From NCBI RefSeq assembly GCF_001194135.2, contig NC_068996.1, positions 25,324,925-25,388,924 of the forward strand: a stretch of DNA of 64,000 bases, in the 5' to 3' direction. The translations under genes and the position numbers were made by a program. The notes beneath the pieces were generated by a model. It did not search any database. It was not told the origin of the DNA and worked only from the letters and a program-made list of their open reading frames with translations. This document shows positions 13,505 to 28,195 of this stretch, in pieces. The DNA is from Octopus bimaculoides (taxonomy: Eukaryota). The first letter of the stretch is position 1. Every line of letters starts with the position of its first letter.

Positions 13505-16500
13505 TTTAAAATATAAGTATTTTACCTGGTCTGAATAGTTTATTCCTAAGAAGAATTGTGGTCTCTCTAAATATCCAGTATCCTCTACAACATGGTGGTG
13601 GTGGTGGGGGAGGTATGGAGGATATAACACTACTACCCCCTTGATGTTTTCTACTTTCTTATGAACTCACAATGTTCCCAAGAGGGCACTACTCCCTGGG
13701 TTAAGAATTGCTGGTTTAACTCTATATCAGTGTAGAAAATGGACAAATAGGGATGATGATGAGGAGGAGGAGGCGGCAGAGGGTGATGACAATAATGATA
13801 TGATCATAACAACAGTCATGACAATCATGATCACAATGATAACAATAAGTAATATGATTGCTAGTTAAGAGTGTGTTGGGGAGGAAGCCATTAATGCTGT
13901 TGCATTTACAGTAGATTAGAAGCAATAAAATAAGCTGAGGTAATCCGACAACTGAGCTGAGTGTGTAATGCTGTTCATCAAAATGCCTTTTAGTAGAAGA
14001 CTTTCATTCTGTGTTCTCTGACAGATTGAAGAGATTCAAAAGATTTGTAGTTATTGATACTTCATTGCTAACATTCATCAGAGAATTTGTTTTGGTATTT
14101 AATTAAATGTTATAATTACTATCAGTTTCTGCTAACAGCCTTGCTAATACTTTCTGTTGTTAAACTATTATATTGAAAACTAAATAATAGATATGGTCTC
14201 AACTTTGAATATTCTTATATGAGACAATTTTTGAGTAGAAAATAGAAATAACAATTCTGTTGTCCATTATAGAATTATATGGAAATCCTTGTTTAAATTA
14301 CTAGTAGGAATAGTTAGCAAATTTGTATTATATTGGTTAACCCTTTCATGATTTGCATTTATAATTAGTAGACTATCTTTGTTTCAGTTAATTTACTGTA
14401 CAATTAAGATTTTGGAAAGATTTTAGTAAAATATTTGTATTACAAAGTTACTATTTTTAAATCTCACAATGTGAGATGTCTCCTCGGGCTAAATTACAGC
14501 AACATTCGTCCTAAACCAGGACTGCCATGTTGTTTGCAAACAATCTTTACTACTATTTGTATTATGTTGTAGTCTGAGATTTCCCATAATTAAATGAGAT
14601 TTTCATGGAGATTTTAATTTAAATATAATTTAGCTTCCTGTCTCTAGATATAATTTTTGGAACATATTTTTTATTCATTCAGTGAACATTTTTTTGTGCA
14701 ATGTCTATTTCTGTCTCCTTTTCTTTCTTTTTTCTCTCTCTCTTGCCCCCCCNNNNNNNNNNNNNNNNNNNNNNNNNNNNNNNNNNNNNNNNNNNNNNNN
14801 NNNNNNNNNNNNNNNNNNNNNNNNNNNNNNNNNNNNNNNNNNNNNNNNNNNNNNNTCTCTCTCTCTTCCCTCTACCACTTTTTCCCACTGCCACATGACC
14901 TGTGGTCATCCTAACCTCTCTTCTCCATTTCCTTTTTACACCTGATTGCCAAGGTGATCGGTCGTGTTTCTCGTCGCCCACTTTCAACATGCTTTGTTGT
15001 CTCATTTGTTTTTTCATTTCCAGTCCTTTAGAACACTTTTCCCTGGTGTTACCCATATATTCATCTCACATTTCAGCCACAAGGCCATATTTTGTCTGTA
15101 TAATATTTCTTTCTTTTTGTTTTTATGTTCACATTCTGTCATGTTTGTTTTCATCTCTGTCCCTTGTTCATTCACGATTTCCCAATGGCTTCTTGTTGCT
15201 GCCACCACCAAAGGTGAACAATATTATCATTAGAGGTGTGAAATTATGATTCTTTGGATAACTGATGAGGATTTAGCAACATTCTATGTGTGTATTTTCC
15301 ATTTGTTCCATATATATACACACACACTTTGGTAATTATTCATGTTAAAAAGTAATATAACTTTCTATTAGTTTATCAGATATGGAAGCCAAATTTTTTG
15401 GTGAATGTAAAGTCAAAATAGATTTAGTTTTTAACTGGTCTTAATTTTAGATTTTTTCCTTTGCTTTGTTCTTAAGACATGTTTTGTTATCAAACTTTTA
15501 ATCATATACATTGATTATAGATTTTAATTGATTTTTGAGAATAATCAGAAATTGCTTGTGAATAAGTAAAATAATTACATTGAACACTTATTTGTCATTT
15601 AAATTTAACAAAAAGTTATGTAAAATTGAGTCAGGTTTTAAATTGTTTGAACACATTAGGATCAGCTGTTGTATATGTTAAAACCAGAGGTGATCTGAAG
15701 TAGACTGGTGTGAAGTGTTAATGGAACTGAATGCTTAGATCCGATATATTTTTGTTATAGATTAGTTAAAAATACATTTTCCTTTTTTATGTTGGATAGA
15801 TATTTTATTACTTACATTTTATATCCATTTTGTTTTTGCTTTGTTTAATGATGGAAGGCAAATTAGAAGCTTGCATCTATTATTAGATGCAATTCCATAT
15901 TACTTAATTGTTAAGCTTTAATATGGTATTAAATTCTTTATAAAAAATAAAAGCTCTGTGTTCAAACCTATATTAGAAACTTATATACATTTAGTAATAG
16001 GACACATAAAGATAATGACAACACAGGGTTAAATTCAAAAGATGAGGGGTAATAGTTGATAAAATTTAAAGTATAACTGGCAATCTTTAAAACACCTACT
16101 ATAATTAGTACTGTTTTTGTTGCCTCTTTCTCCCTCTGCATCTGTCTCTTTGATGTGTGTACATCAAAAGCAGTCAGCTGCTGAGGTACTTTCACAATGT
16201 CTGAATTTCATGAAAGCACTAATAATTTTAATAAACAATATACTTTCAAGTTCACATACATAATTTATACACAGGCAGTTAAAATTTACATAAGTTTAAA
16301 TGTCCAGAGAAGGCTTATCATAGATGAAGTTGTGAATAGCAACTAAAAGACTTTGACAAACCTAGTTGATTGATTGACTAAACAATTTATTGAACAATTA
16401 GTTAGTTAATTAGTTTAAATAGTTAACCAGTTGACAAATAATAAAAAAAATAAAGTGAAATTAAACCCATGTGTTTATCACTGGAGTGAAGACCCTCTTG

Positions 16501-16529
16501 AGATGAAACAAAATAGAAATATTTCTTAT

Positions 16530-16751
16530 TTCTTTACTGCCCACAAGGGGCTAAACATAGAAGGGACAGACAAACGGATTAAGTCGATTATATCGACTCC
16601 AGTGCGTAACTGGTACTTACTTAATTGACCCCCGAAAGGATGAAAGCCAAAGTCGACCTTGGTGGAATTTGAACTCAGAACGTAGCAGCAGACGAAATAC
16701 TGCTAAGCATTTCGTCCGGCATGCTAATGCTTCTGCCAGCTCACCGCTTTA
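16530..16751 (-). mobile_element. tRNA-derived SINE family A, minus strand
   Basis: Reverse complement contains the A-box-like TGGCAGAAGCATTAG, B-box-like GAGTTCAAATTC and core GTCGACTTTGGCTTTCATCCTTTCGGGGG seen in the + strand copies. Confidence 0.85.
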
Positions 16752-17298
16752 AGAAATATTTTCTTTATTCAATTCATCCTTTACTGCAATTTAACTCGGA
16801 AACTGAATATTTATCTCCTGTGTATTAGTGGTACCCATTGATTGATATTTAATTCAAACTGACACATTTGAGACAAGGATGATATAACTAGAAAGAAAAT
16901 TAATTTTAGATATCGACTAGAATGAAATGTTTTATGCAAAGCAATGTATTGCAAGGCCATGCTAGAAATTAGCACAAAATTTTTACCGTTATAAACACAT
17001 TTTAATATGTTTGAACTGATAGTATAATTATTTAAAATACTTTTTTATTGTATATACTATTGACAGGTTTTTATATAATTTACTAGCAGCTAAGCCCAGT
17101 TTCACCCTGTCTGTTTGGATGATGTGGCCATGATCTTTTTCGGTTAGGCATAATCTATAACAGCGTTTCTCAACCTTATCATATCGGGTCCCGTTTCAAT
17201 TGAGGCCTCCAGCTGTATGAAAATTTCCTGACTTCCCCCTCCTTTTCAGAAAACAGCTTCAGGAGTTGTGAAGAATGTATTTGTACGTTGTCTGTTTC

Positions 17299-17996
17299 TG
17301 AGAGCTATTCTATTGGACGTCTCTCTCTAATCATTAAAACATTGATTTAATTATGAACATAGAAAGAAATTATACATTAATCCCTATTTTTGTATGCAAT
17401 TGTATCCGTAAAAAATTTTATTTGCAGAGAGCAGAAATTGAAAGATATATGAAATGGACGTGTGTGTGTGTGAGCGTGTGTGCGTGCTTGCGCGTGTGTA
17501 TGTGAGAGAGTGGGTGAGAAAGAGAGTTTGAGTGAAGGTGTATGCCATGATAATTGACGCCTTTTAAGGTACACACGCATACATAAAAAATGTCATCGTA
17601 GAAAATGTTTACAATAGTGGATTTATGGAAAAGATTGTTTAATTTTTGAAATGCAAATATGTGAATGAAAATTAAGATCAGACATGTACATGGTAGGTAG
17701 ACATTGTAGAAATAGCAGCCAAATCTCCCTCAAAACACCCTACTGTCTTAATTCGACAATTCTGCCTATTATATAGTTTGAAAACTCCTGAAGAACAAAT
17801 TTGTAGGTAGTGTGTTTGTGAGAGTTATTCTATTGGACCTCTGTCTAATCATGAAAACATTGATTTAATTATGAACATAGAAAGAAATGATATATTAATC
17901 CCTATTTTTGTAAGCAGTTGTAACCGTAAAAATTTTATTTGCAGAGAGCAAAAATTGAAAGAAGATATATGAAATAGGCGTGTGTGTGTGTGTGTG
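17299..17996 (+). repeat. Local direct duplication of about 175 bp (17299-17470 and 17819-17996), each copy ending in (TG)n
   Basis: Both copies share AAACATTGATTTAATTATGAACATAGAAAGAAAT and TTTTATTTGCAGAGAGCA. Confidence 0.85.
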
Positions 17997-18557
17997 TTTC
18001 TGGTTAATTTAGCGGGAGTTTTGCAGTCAGCATGAGGTGGTTTGTGTTTATCACTCAAGTCAAATTGTTAATTTGTCTGTAATAGCAATGCCTGGACAAG
18101 TGAAAATATCTTCGTTTTTTACTCCTTCGCCTGCAGTAAAAGGAGCCAGGAGCCCTTGTCCAGTAAGCTGAGGAAACAATAAGAATATTTTAATAAGTTT
18201 TAGCTTCAGTTTACATTTTATATGTTATCAGACAGTGTTTTGATAGTTAATGTATATATGTGAGATAATAGTTTTACTTTAAGAGTTTCAGTTTTAAAGT
18301 GAAAGTGTGTGACATTAGAACAGCGAGATTTTATTGTTTCCCTTTTGACACGTAATACTACAATAGTGGAGGAGATGTGATATTGCATTGAGCTCGCACT
18401 AGGCAAGAAGTTAAAAAAATTTTTTTTGCCTAAGATACTACCTGGACCATAAGTAAGGCATGTGTAAAATTTGAATGAAATTGGTTGTGTAGTTCTCAAG
18501 TTTTAGGGATTCACACAGACAGACACACATTCTCATCTTTATATATTTTTTTTATAG

Positions 18558-18839
<282 letters not shown>

Positions 18840-19019
18840 TGATTTTGTATAATGTATTCCTTCATAAATAATGTAGAATTATACCTTCATATATTCATCT
18901 AAAGTTATGTAAACTTAACTTCATTTACCTTTGATATTTTAAATATGGCTTTTGTAATGTGTAACTATATCTATCAACAAAAAAAACAAACAAACATTGA
19001 TGTCTCATTATCTGTTACC

Positions 19020-20050
19020 TGGTGATTCTATTTAAACTTCATTTTCTTTCTTCCTATAACATATGCAGTTCAGAGAGTTTTGGTAATATACATAGTAACA
19101 ATAGAGTACATCATAGTTTCAGAGGACAATGTATTGTCCTTTTGACTTTTAAGCTAATCCCTCACATTCGGTGTCCATGCTTTGCTGCCATACAGCATCA
19201 CAGTTCATACACCAGTATCATACAATCTTTCTCTCATGCAGAGAAAGAATCTCCTTGTTACCAGCAGAGTTAATAGATTCTTGGACTTTCTCTACCCCGT
19301 TCTTACTGAGGCTGCTATCTGTTTGGAAGACAACACTTTCCTCTGCTTTGATTAGGTATCTTAGCTAAGAGAAACTTTAATTGCTTCTAAGGAACTCTGA
19401 ACATTTGAAAGAATTTTCCATGGTTACTTTTACTGCTAAACACTCCTGCACGTGTATCCTTCTTTATCCAATTTACCTTTGATCCCATTGCATTTCTTAT
19501 GCTCCGCACACATTAAATACACTGTATTGAATTCCTGTTTCTCTGTTGCCATCTGTAAAGCATCTGCACTCAACATACAGAATCCTGTCTTCTTTTCTGT
19601 TAACTAAAGCTTAAACTTTTGTTTCATTTGCCTCTCAATTCTAGGCCTTCTACATTTGAAATTTCTTCAACTGAGAACTAGTTCATCAACATACATGTTC
19701 CATAGACAGCCTGTCTTAATCTCATCTGTTATGATTGGAAATTTATAATAAACAAAAGTGTTGGGAGCAGGGTGTTTGGGAACTGAGTTCTAATTAACAT
19801 TTAACAGCATACTAAATTTCTTGCTGAACTTGTTACTTACTCACACCATGCTGACATCTCTGACAAGACTTGAATGGCTTTCACTATCCATTCATCTTCG
19901 TCTACGTTTTTGAATGACCACTAGACTACAGTTGTGACACATTGTCAAAGACCTTCCCTAGGCCAGCGAATGCTAGTTACAGCCTTGCTCATGTCTAAGA
20001 ACTTCTCTTGTAGTTGATGTTCAACTTCAAGTCATCTCTAATTGAGCTGA
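19020..20050 (-). mobile_element. Decayed RTE-clade LINE reverse-transcriptase fragment
   Basis: The minus strand gives broken RT motifs (EIKTGCLWNMYVDEL at the YADD position; ERLYDTGV*TVMLYGSKAW), with many stops and frameshifts. Confidence 0.7.
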
Positions 20051-20782
20051 CCTGTGATCAAAGGCATTCCAGCCATTTTTAGTAAGATGTAGGAAAGGAA
20101 AGGCAGTATCAGGGCATTAGTGAGAGATCCAGAATGTTATGGGCAAAGGGCAGAAAGAAAGGGAAGATGAGAGGGATCTTTCATTTAATGTCTGTTTTTC
20201 AATACTAGCATGGCTTACACATAGGGCTATTTCCAACCACATGGTTTCCAGTTCATTCCTACTATGTTGCATCTTGGGAAGGTGACTTCTGCTATAATCC
20301 CAGTAGACAGAAACAGAAAGAAGCCTGTCACAAGCACACAACACACACGTGCACACCCACCTACATAATCTCAATTCTATATTGTCTTTTACTCACTTAA
20401 GATGATAGGCATGAATTAAGGGAATTTAGATGTTTTTAACAGATTGACTGATAACATAAAGACTCCCTCATTAGTGCATTTTTCTGGCATCAGTAGTTGC
20501 TTCTTTTGACACAGATCCTAAATGCATCTCATATGTTTATCAACCAACTAACCAATCTTCATCCCATTTATTAGTGAAATAGATATGCTTGCTTTATATG
20601 AAGTGGCTATCAGTGATTGTAGTTGCTTTCCCAAGAGCATTTAATAGAAGTTGAAAGTATTATAAAGTTTAGATTATTATAAACTAGAACTGAAGTCAGC
20701 TAACAAGACTTATATCACCAAAAGCTTCTCTTTTACATTTAACTCTTTCTTTTCTTATAAAAAGACCAAACATTTTTATTGG

Positions 20783-20955
20783 CAACCTGGCAGAATCATT
20801 AGCATGCTAGACAAAATGTTCAAAAGCTGCCATGGTCAACTTTGCCGTTCAGCCTCTCTGAGTCAATAAAATAAGTACCAGCTGAGCACTGGGATTGATC
20901 TAATCAACTTACCCCACTCCTGAAATAGCTTACCTTGTGCCCAAATTTAAACTTG
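20783..20955 (+). mobile_element. tRNA-derived SINE family A
   Basis: TGGCAGAATCATTAGCATGC ... AATAAGTACCAG ... CTTGTGCCCAAATTT shared with other copies. Confidence 0.75.
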
Positions 20956-21007
20956 TTATTATTATTATTTATTAGAATTACTGTGCATATTATTTTTCTT
21001 TTAACAG

Positions 21008-21086
21008 AATGAGGAAAAAGAGAATGAACAGTCATCCCTCGATTTAGGTTTTCCTGATGATGATGATGATAGTGGTCAACCAGAAG
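21008..21086 (+). CDS. Klc: KLC exon 4 (NEEKENEQSSLDLGFPDDDDDSGQPE), acidic linker with LFP-equivalent motif
   Basis: Acceptor TTTTAACAG ends at 21007 and donor G|GTATTG starts at 21087. Phase 0 to 1 fits exons 3 and 5. Too short for the ORF track; translated by hand. Confidence 0.93.
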
Positions 21087-22465
21087 GTATTGATAGATTT
21101 ATATATATTATATTATAATTGAAGTTTTGCTTTAACACTTTGCACTTTCATTCAGTAATTTGCTCAACTGTAGTTTTTAAAGTGTTTTTGTACTTGTATA
21201 CATACTGTACATATATCACCAGCAGATTGTTTAGTTATTAAAGTACTTATTTCATTTTTAGCATTTTAACATTTTAGTATTCATACATTTATTACATGGT
21301 AATGTGCATATATGCTTTTTTAGTCTGATTTAAATTTGCATTATTCCTTATTCAAAATATTAGATGACCTTAAAATATTATTGTAATAGTTTCTATCAGA
21401 GAAGTTTGGGTGTAAATGTAATTGTAGAAATTTAGATGCAAAGCAGATTTTTTTTCTTTTGTATAGTTAGGACTACATTGTCCTTTATTTTGTTTTGTTT
21501 TCAATATGGGTGTGATTTGAAGATGATTTGGCTGCTATTTCTTTCAGTACAAGATTGAGTAAGGGCACCTTTTTTAGTTTCAATAATGAAATGAAGTTTA
21601 TAAAAATTTGTTTGATGCTTATGTATCTAGAAGAATAGTGTGTTTTATAGCACACACTCATAGGTATGTGACTTAGATAAAATTACTGTTTTGGTTTATA
21701 CATATAGATTTTTAGGGATTTTGAATACAGATGACATTTCAGCTGCCATTGAAGGGATTCCCACCTTTGACATAGGGACTTGTTTGATAGTTCAGTATAA
21801 TGTCGTATGTGCATGTCACTTAAAATATTTTAAAATTAAGTAATACTATTGTAATACAAACCCTGTGATGCTTCTCTGTTTTCAGAAAAGCCGTAGAAAA
21901 TTAACTGTGTATAGTATTCTTTCATTTTGAGATTTTGTATCTTACCATTGTTATGATAAAATATAACCAGCACATTCTGTAATTGGTGATTGGTAGAGCA
22001 TCCAGTTTTAGAAAACCTATCAAAAATGTAACATAACAATGAAACTTGAAGTCTGTACGCAGTACTGCATGCTAGCTGTTCTCAAAGTATAGGGTGGCTC
22101 TTTAAGTTCTCTTCCTCTCATGGAATAGTTTCTCCTCTAGTGTTGGTGACATAATAAAATTCACTTTAGGGTATGGCAACCCAAAGTGATGTAAAATAAT
22201 GACAGTGATGGTGATTCTGTAAAAACAAAAAATGGTGAAATGAATGTGTCATAGAAATAAGAGTACACATCTTTCTGCAAGCAGTTAAGATATCTTTAAG
22301 ACATAACCTCTTCTGCAGCTAAGTAAATTAAATCTGTTTGTGTCACATCTTAACAGCTTAGTGTTGTAGTCACAAGTTTAATCAGATCTACAATAAGGAT
22401 TGATTGTTCATCTTTTCCAGATTTTGATAGGAATCAATTAAAGCTTAAATATGATGCTTAATTAA

Positions 22466-22807
<342 letters not shown>

Positions 22808-23656
22808 TAAATCAATTTAAAAAAATTGTTTAAATTATGTATCAAATTTAAAGTTTATTAAGATTTAAAAACAGTTGTTAACAAATTTTTACTTAATGTT
22901 TCATAATCAGAAATATTAAGCTACTTTTAGATTCATTCAGACTTAAGTTTTATGAATTTGGAATACTCTGTAAATTTTCAAAGACAATTTCATAATCTTT
23001 TAAAATTCTGTGATGTTGAAATTTGTATTATTACCTTTTTGTTATTGAAATTTGTAATTATCTTTTGACATTACATTTTCCTTCCCTTGCTTCCAGATTT
23101 TCTGCATCTTACACCACTTTTTTTGTACCTTCATTACTTTATTCAAAAAAAAAAATTTTTTTTTCATTTTAACAGTTTTTGAGAGAATTAGTATANNNNN
23201 NNNNNAACATTTTTTGAGAGAATTAGTATAAAGTTTTCAAGATGTTTAAAACTTTTCCTCCTTCACCAACCTTCATGTGGTATTTACAAATTCCTTTCTG
23301 TTGATCTCTAAAATAAAAAGTATTTTAAACAAATATAGTTGAATAGAGTGCTATTTCAAGAGGCTTACAACTAATGAAGCAGTTCATTTTTTCCCTATAA
23401 ATTTCTTTAATAACAGCACAGAAGAAATCAGACTTCTCTATTTCTTATCTTATCTTTATACCCTTATGTATTAAAATATAATCTATATGTTTCGGCTGTT
23501 TTAAATTTAACTTTTTTCCTTCTTTCCTTGAATTACAAAAAACCCTTTACCCAACTGCTTTACATCCAAAGCTTACCAACCCTGTATTTAGCTTTGATAT
23601 AAATATATTTTTTATAAGTATTGTTTGACCCCTCTGATTCTGTTTGGTTTTTACAG

Positions 23657-23744
23657 GGATTTGGGATCAATAAAACTAGCCATGTCATGTCTCCATTCTT
23701 CTCTGGAAATCAGAGAGAAAGCACTTGGGAAGGATGACCCAACT
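23657..23744 (+). CDS. Klc: KLC exon 6a, diverged duplicate of exon 6b ((R)DLGSIKLAMSCLHSSLEIREKALGKDDPT); putative mutually exclusive exon
   Basis: Acceptor GGTTTTTACAG and donor CT|GTGAGT. It is 88 nt, phase 2 to 0, identical in length and phase to 29734-29821, has no stop, and shares 14 of 29 aa with it. Confidence 0.85.
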
Positions 23745-23985
23745 GTGAGTTTTAGGAATGTAAAATTAACAATAGTTAAAATTTAACTTATTGTATCAAA
23801 CATGGAAAACAATTTTTTTTGTTAAAATTTATTGCCCTTATAAAAAATTACATTTACTGTCGAGGTTATATTAGGATAGAAATATTTCCTCTTTTTTAAA
23901 TATGAAATTTAACCAAATAAAAAACATATTACGCCTGTCATAATCTATATCATATATTTGTGGTTTTCATATTATCACATTTGAT

Positions 23986-24180
23986 TAAAGGCAGTGATCT
24001 GGCAGAATTGTTAGCATGCTAGGCAAAATGCTTAGCAGCTTTTTGTCTGTCTTTACATTCTGAGTTCAAATTGTGCCTTTCAGGGTAGATAAAATAAGTT
24101 TCAGTTGAATATTGTGGTTGATGTAATCAGTTTACTCCCCTCTCCCCAAATTGCTGGTCTTGTGCCAACATTTGAAACCA
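23986..24180 (+). mobile_element. tRNA-derived SINE family A, about 240 nt downstream of exon 6a
   Basis: TTAAAGGCAGTGATCTGGCAGAATTGTTAGCATGC ... TGAGTTCAAATT ... TTTGAAACC. Confidence 0.85.
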
Positions 24181-24960
24181 ATATTATCACATTTGATCAG
24201 TTACAGTTTTAATATAATTTGATATAGTGGTTGGTTGGTTTAGTTTAGATTTTATTCATTTGAAATAATTCTTTGATTTAAGAAGTAAAATTTTACATTT
24301 CTATTTATAATTATGTATTTAATGTTGTATTTCAATTTAAGTATTTTTTTTCTTTGCTTTAGAGCCTATACATGGGTTTAACATGATACCTTCATCATGA
24401 GTTTTGTGAAAAACTTTCTTGTCTTAAGTCTGATTTCTTGACTATGAAAATATTGTGCTGTTATTGTGTAGCCCACATCAGCCCAAATTGAACAGTCTCA
24501 TGTAATATTACTAATTGTTCTGAGGGTGTGATACCCTCAGATTCATAGTTCCCTATGTGCTATGCAGCCATTTAGTAAAGGACCATCCTGCACATTCTAA
24601 CATGCAATGGTTCATTATACATGGTGCAATGTGAAATTGTATGTGTTCAGTGTGACACGTGTGTGTTATATATTCTCCACCATCCAAAATCTGTGTCTGC
24701 ATGTCTGTAGATTTTGCTGATGGTCACAATGGAGGCGTGCAGAGTTCAACTTAGAATGTGACATCTGGTGTTTTACTCTCTTCTTAAGAAGTCTAGTAGT
24801 AAATGAGACAATAAATCTTTAGGCAGTTTAAATATCATCTTAATTTTAAGATTGCTGTATCTATATTTCTGTAGATTGAACAAATTTTAAAATTCTTTTG
24901 AAATTTAGAAAGGATTTTCCACATTTCAGTAGTTAATATTTGAATGTTAACAGCCAAATA

Positions 24961-25310
24961 TCGTCGTCGTCATCATCATCATCATTTAATGTCCGTTTTC
25001 CATGCTGGCATGGGCTGGACGGTTTGTCTGAGGACTGGCAAGCCAGTAGGCTGCACCAGGCTCCAATCTGATCTGGTAAGGTTTCTACAGCTGGATGCCT
25101 TTCCTAACACCATTCATTCCGAGAGTGTAGTGGGTGCTTTTTATATGCCACCGGTACAGGGGCCGGTCAGGTGGCATTGGCATCAACCATATTTGGATGT
25201 TGTTTTTTACATGTCACCAGCACGGGGAGCCAATCAAGCGGCACTGGCATCGACCCATACTGGAATGGTGCTTATTATGTGCCACCAGCATGGGTGCCAG
25301 GCAGGTGATT
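24961..25310 (-). mobile_element. RTE LINE 3' UTR fragment with (CAT)n tail on the + strand
   Basis: Near-colinear with 33573-34020, including GTGCTTTTA..TGCCACC subrepeats. Confidence 0.85.
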
Positions 25311-25507
25311 TATTTCGTATCATTCGCAATTATTTTATTAAGTAAGCATTGAGTTTTTAGCTAGTTCTCTAAATTTTTAGTGTGTAAAAGTATAAATATT
25401 GTCTTGGCCATTGGTACTTTAAAGACAAATTAGTAGTTCAGTTACTCTGACATTTCAGTTCTAATATTAATTTCTTTACACAAAGATGTATTTGAAACAT
25501 ATCTCCA

Positions 25508-25875
25508 TAGGTGCAGGAGTGGCTGTGTGGTAAGTAGTTTGCTTACCAGCCACATGGTTCCAGGTTCAGTCCCACTCCGTGGCATCTTAGGAAAGTGTCT
25601 TCTACTATAGCCTTGGGCTGACCAAAGCATTATGAGTGGATTTGATAGATGGAAACTGAAAGAAGCCTGTCGTGTGTGTGTATGTTTGTGCGTTTATATT
25701 TGTCCCCCACCACCACCATTACTTGACAACTGATGTTGGTGTTTTTATGTTCCTGTAACTTAGCAGTTTGGCAAAAGGAACTGATAGAATACGTACTAGG
25801 TTTACAAAGAATAAGTCCTGCGATCGATTTGTTCGACTAATGGCAGCAGACAAATGGCTGAAACAAATAAAAGAA
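25508..25875 (+). mobile_element. tRNA-derived SINE family B with internal (TG)n
   Basis: GGAGTGGCTGTGTGGTAAG (A-box-like) and GGTTCAGTCCC (B-box-like); homologous to 27048-27415. Confidence 0.85.
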
Positions 25876-27047
25876 TCATAAGAAAACTATATCATATGGA
25901 ATCTTTCTAGTATGTCATACAGTTTTGTGTATTTTTCATTTGATTTCTGTTAATATTTAGCTTATTTAACCAGTTGTTCACATTCTAAATTACACCTTAA
26001 CTTAGAATTGCATATTGTGTAATTACACATTGTGTAATTGTGATGGAAGCAGGTTAAGTTGTATAAGTGCCAAAACTCTTCATTATCTTTAAATTTCAGA
26101 AACTTCATGCCAAATAAAACTTTTAGAACTTCCTTTATCAGATTGAAAGAAAGTAATCTCTATTTTGGCATTAATGACGAAATGAGATATTTACTGTTAT
26201 ATACATGTTCATTATCAACTCAGAATTTCAAAATATAATGCTTTCAACAGGTGTTACATACCTGAAATATTTAACCTTGCTGCAAAGTATGTTTTAAGTG
26301 TATTTTGTATACAGCATGGCTATTTCACTAATAACTTTTAGGGTGTAATTTGTGAGATTGCCCAATGAGTATTGCGATGTCTTAATGATATACTGATGCA
26401 TCAAACAAAGGCATTTTGTGATATTTGCTGTGCAAGATGTGCTTTACACTAAAAGTCTTAGTTGATTGATAAAAAAAAGTACCCAATGAAGAACTATAGT
26501 TGCTGTAATTAGAACAAAAGAAAAAATAAAAGACTACAATTAGTAAAAAAATAAAAGAATATAAATATATTATGAATGTTAAATATGTCTTTGCATCTTG
26601 AACTGTTTGGTTTGCTGACCATGCTTCCTGACATTCTATTTAATTTTAGAATCCTATACAAATTATTATATGTTCATCATTTTCTTATATTCTTTGATTA
26701 CATTTTATTATGATAACTCTTTCCTTTCATTCTTTCCTGAATTACACCATAATTATTTAACTAACTTACTGGTCAATTATTTGCTTAGTCATTTGGTCAG
26801 TCAATCAGTCAGCGAGATACTACAAAATCTGTTTCAACACTTCATTTTACTTAAAAAATCTGGCAAATCTAATTCAGAAACCCATGCAAACTGTTCTCTT
26901 CAAGCCAGAACACTTTTCATGTCTCGGTTTTTTTTTTTTNNNNNNNNNNNNNNNNNNNNNNNNNNNNNNNNNNNNNNNNNNNNNNNNNNNNNNNNNNNNN
27001 NNNNNNNNNNNNNNGTGTGCCTTCTAAGCATAAATATTTCAACCATA

Positions 27048-27415
27048 GACTCAGGTGTGGCCGTGTGATAAGAAGCTTACTTAATCACATGGTTCTGGAT
27101 TCAGGCCCACTGCATGGCACCTTTGGCAAGGTGTTTTCTACTATATCCTTAGGCTGATCAAAGCCTTGCGGGTGAATTTGGTAGATGGAAATTGGAAGAA
27201 GCCTGCCATATATATAGTGTCTATCCCCCACCACTACTTGACAAGTGGTGCTGGTGTGTTTAAGCCCCCATAACTTAGCAGTTCAGCAAAAGTGATCAAC
27301 AGAATAAGTACCAGGCTTAAATAAGAAGTACTAGTGTGGATTCATTCAACTAGAAATTCTTCAAGGCAGTGCTCCACCATGACCACAGTCTAATGACCAC
27401 AGATAGAAGATTTAA
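27048..27415 (+). mobile_element. tRNA-derived SINE family B
   Basis: GGTGTGGCCGTGTGATAAG ... GGATTCAGGCCCACTGCATGGCAC ... GTAGATGGAAATTGGAAGAAGCC. Confidence 0.8.
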
Positions 27416-28195
27416 AACAAGATATTTTTCATTTATCATTATATAATATATCTTATTAATATACCAACTTTTTTAAACATACTAGACCATGAAATATGAA
27501 GAATAAATATCGTTAAATTGTTAATTATTAAAAAAAAAAAAAGCAACAAATTGTGCATTATATTTTTAACAGTTCATATAGTTTGAAGGTATTTTAAAAT
27601 TTAACTCAGAGTATTATTCATTTAAGACTATTTTCAAATGCTGACAACTGGTATGTTAGTTGAATTAAAAAGAGTATATGAATTTGATAAGATCTCATTC
27701 ATTCATAGTAAGATCATTGCCATTATTTGCAGTTGGTTCTTTTTCCTTATTTTTGGAAAGAAATTTCAAGACATTTCAAAACTTAGCCATCATTGAAAAG
27801 TTAATTAATGTATATTCAAATTTTAAGGCATTTGAGAATAGTTATTTTCAGGAACAACTTTTTAATGAATTGCTTCAAATTTGCCAATCTAAAGTTTCTC
27901 AGTAAATGGCAATTTTGCTGCAAAGTGTCTAGATAATAATGATTACCAAATTTTAATCAAAGAAACTCAATTGTTAATCACTTCTCCTAAGTTGTCTATT
28001 ATTATTATTATTATTATTATTATTGTCATTTCACTTCTCAGAGCTCTTGATCTTACTTGCTCTGGTTGATTCTGTGAGAGCAGACAGCAACCCATTGTCA
28101 GAGGTCTTACATGGTCTCTTTCTGCAAATTATAAGCTATAGTACTTGGATGTTAACTTAACACGAAAGACAATCATTATTATTATTATTATCATT

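Noticed and set aside
23177-23230. Short direct repeat TTTTGAGAGAATTAGTATA on both sides of a 10-N gap
   Set aside because: Typical unmerged contig overlap, so an assembly artefact.
24944-25352. His-rich ORFs of 72-133 aa (also 33809-34118)
   Set aside because: They are antisense readings of RTE 3' UTR subrepeats.
25508-25580. tRNA-like A and B boxes as a tRNA gene
   Set aside because: No cloverleaf, and it continues into a multicopy SINE body.
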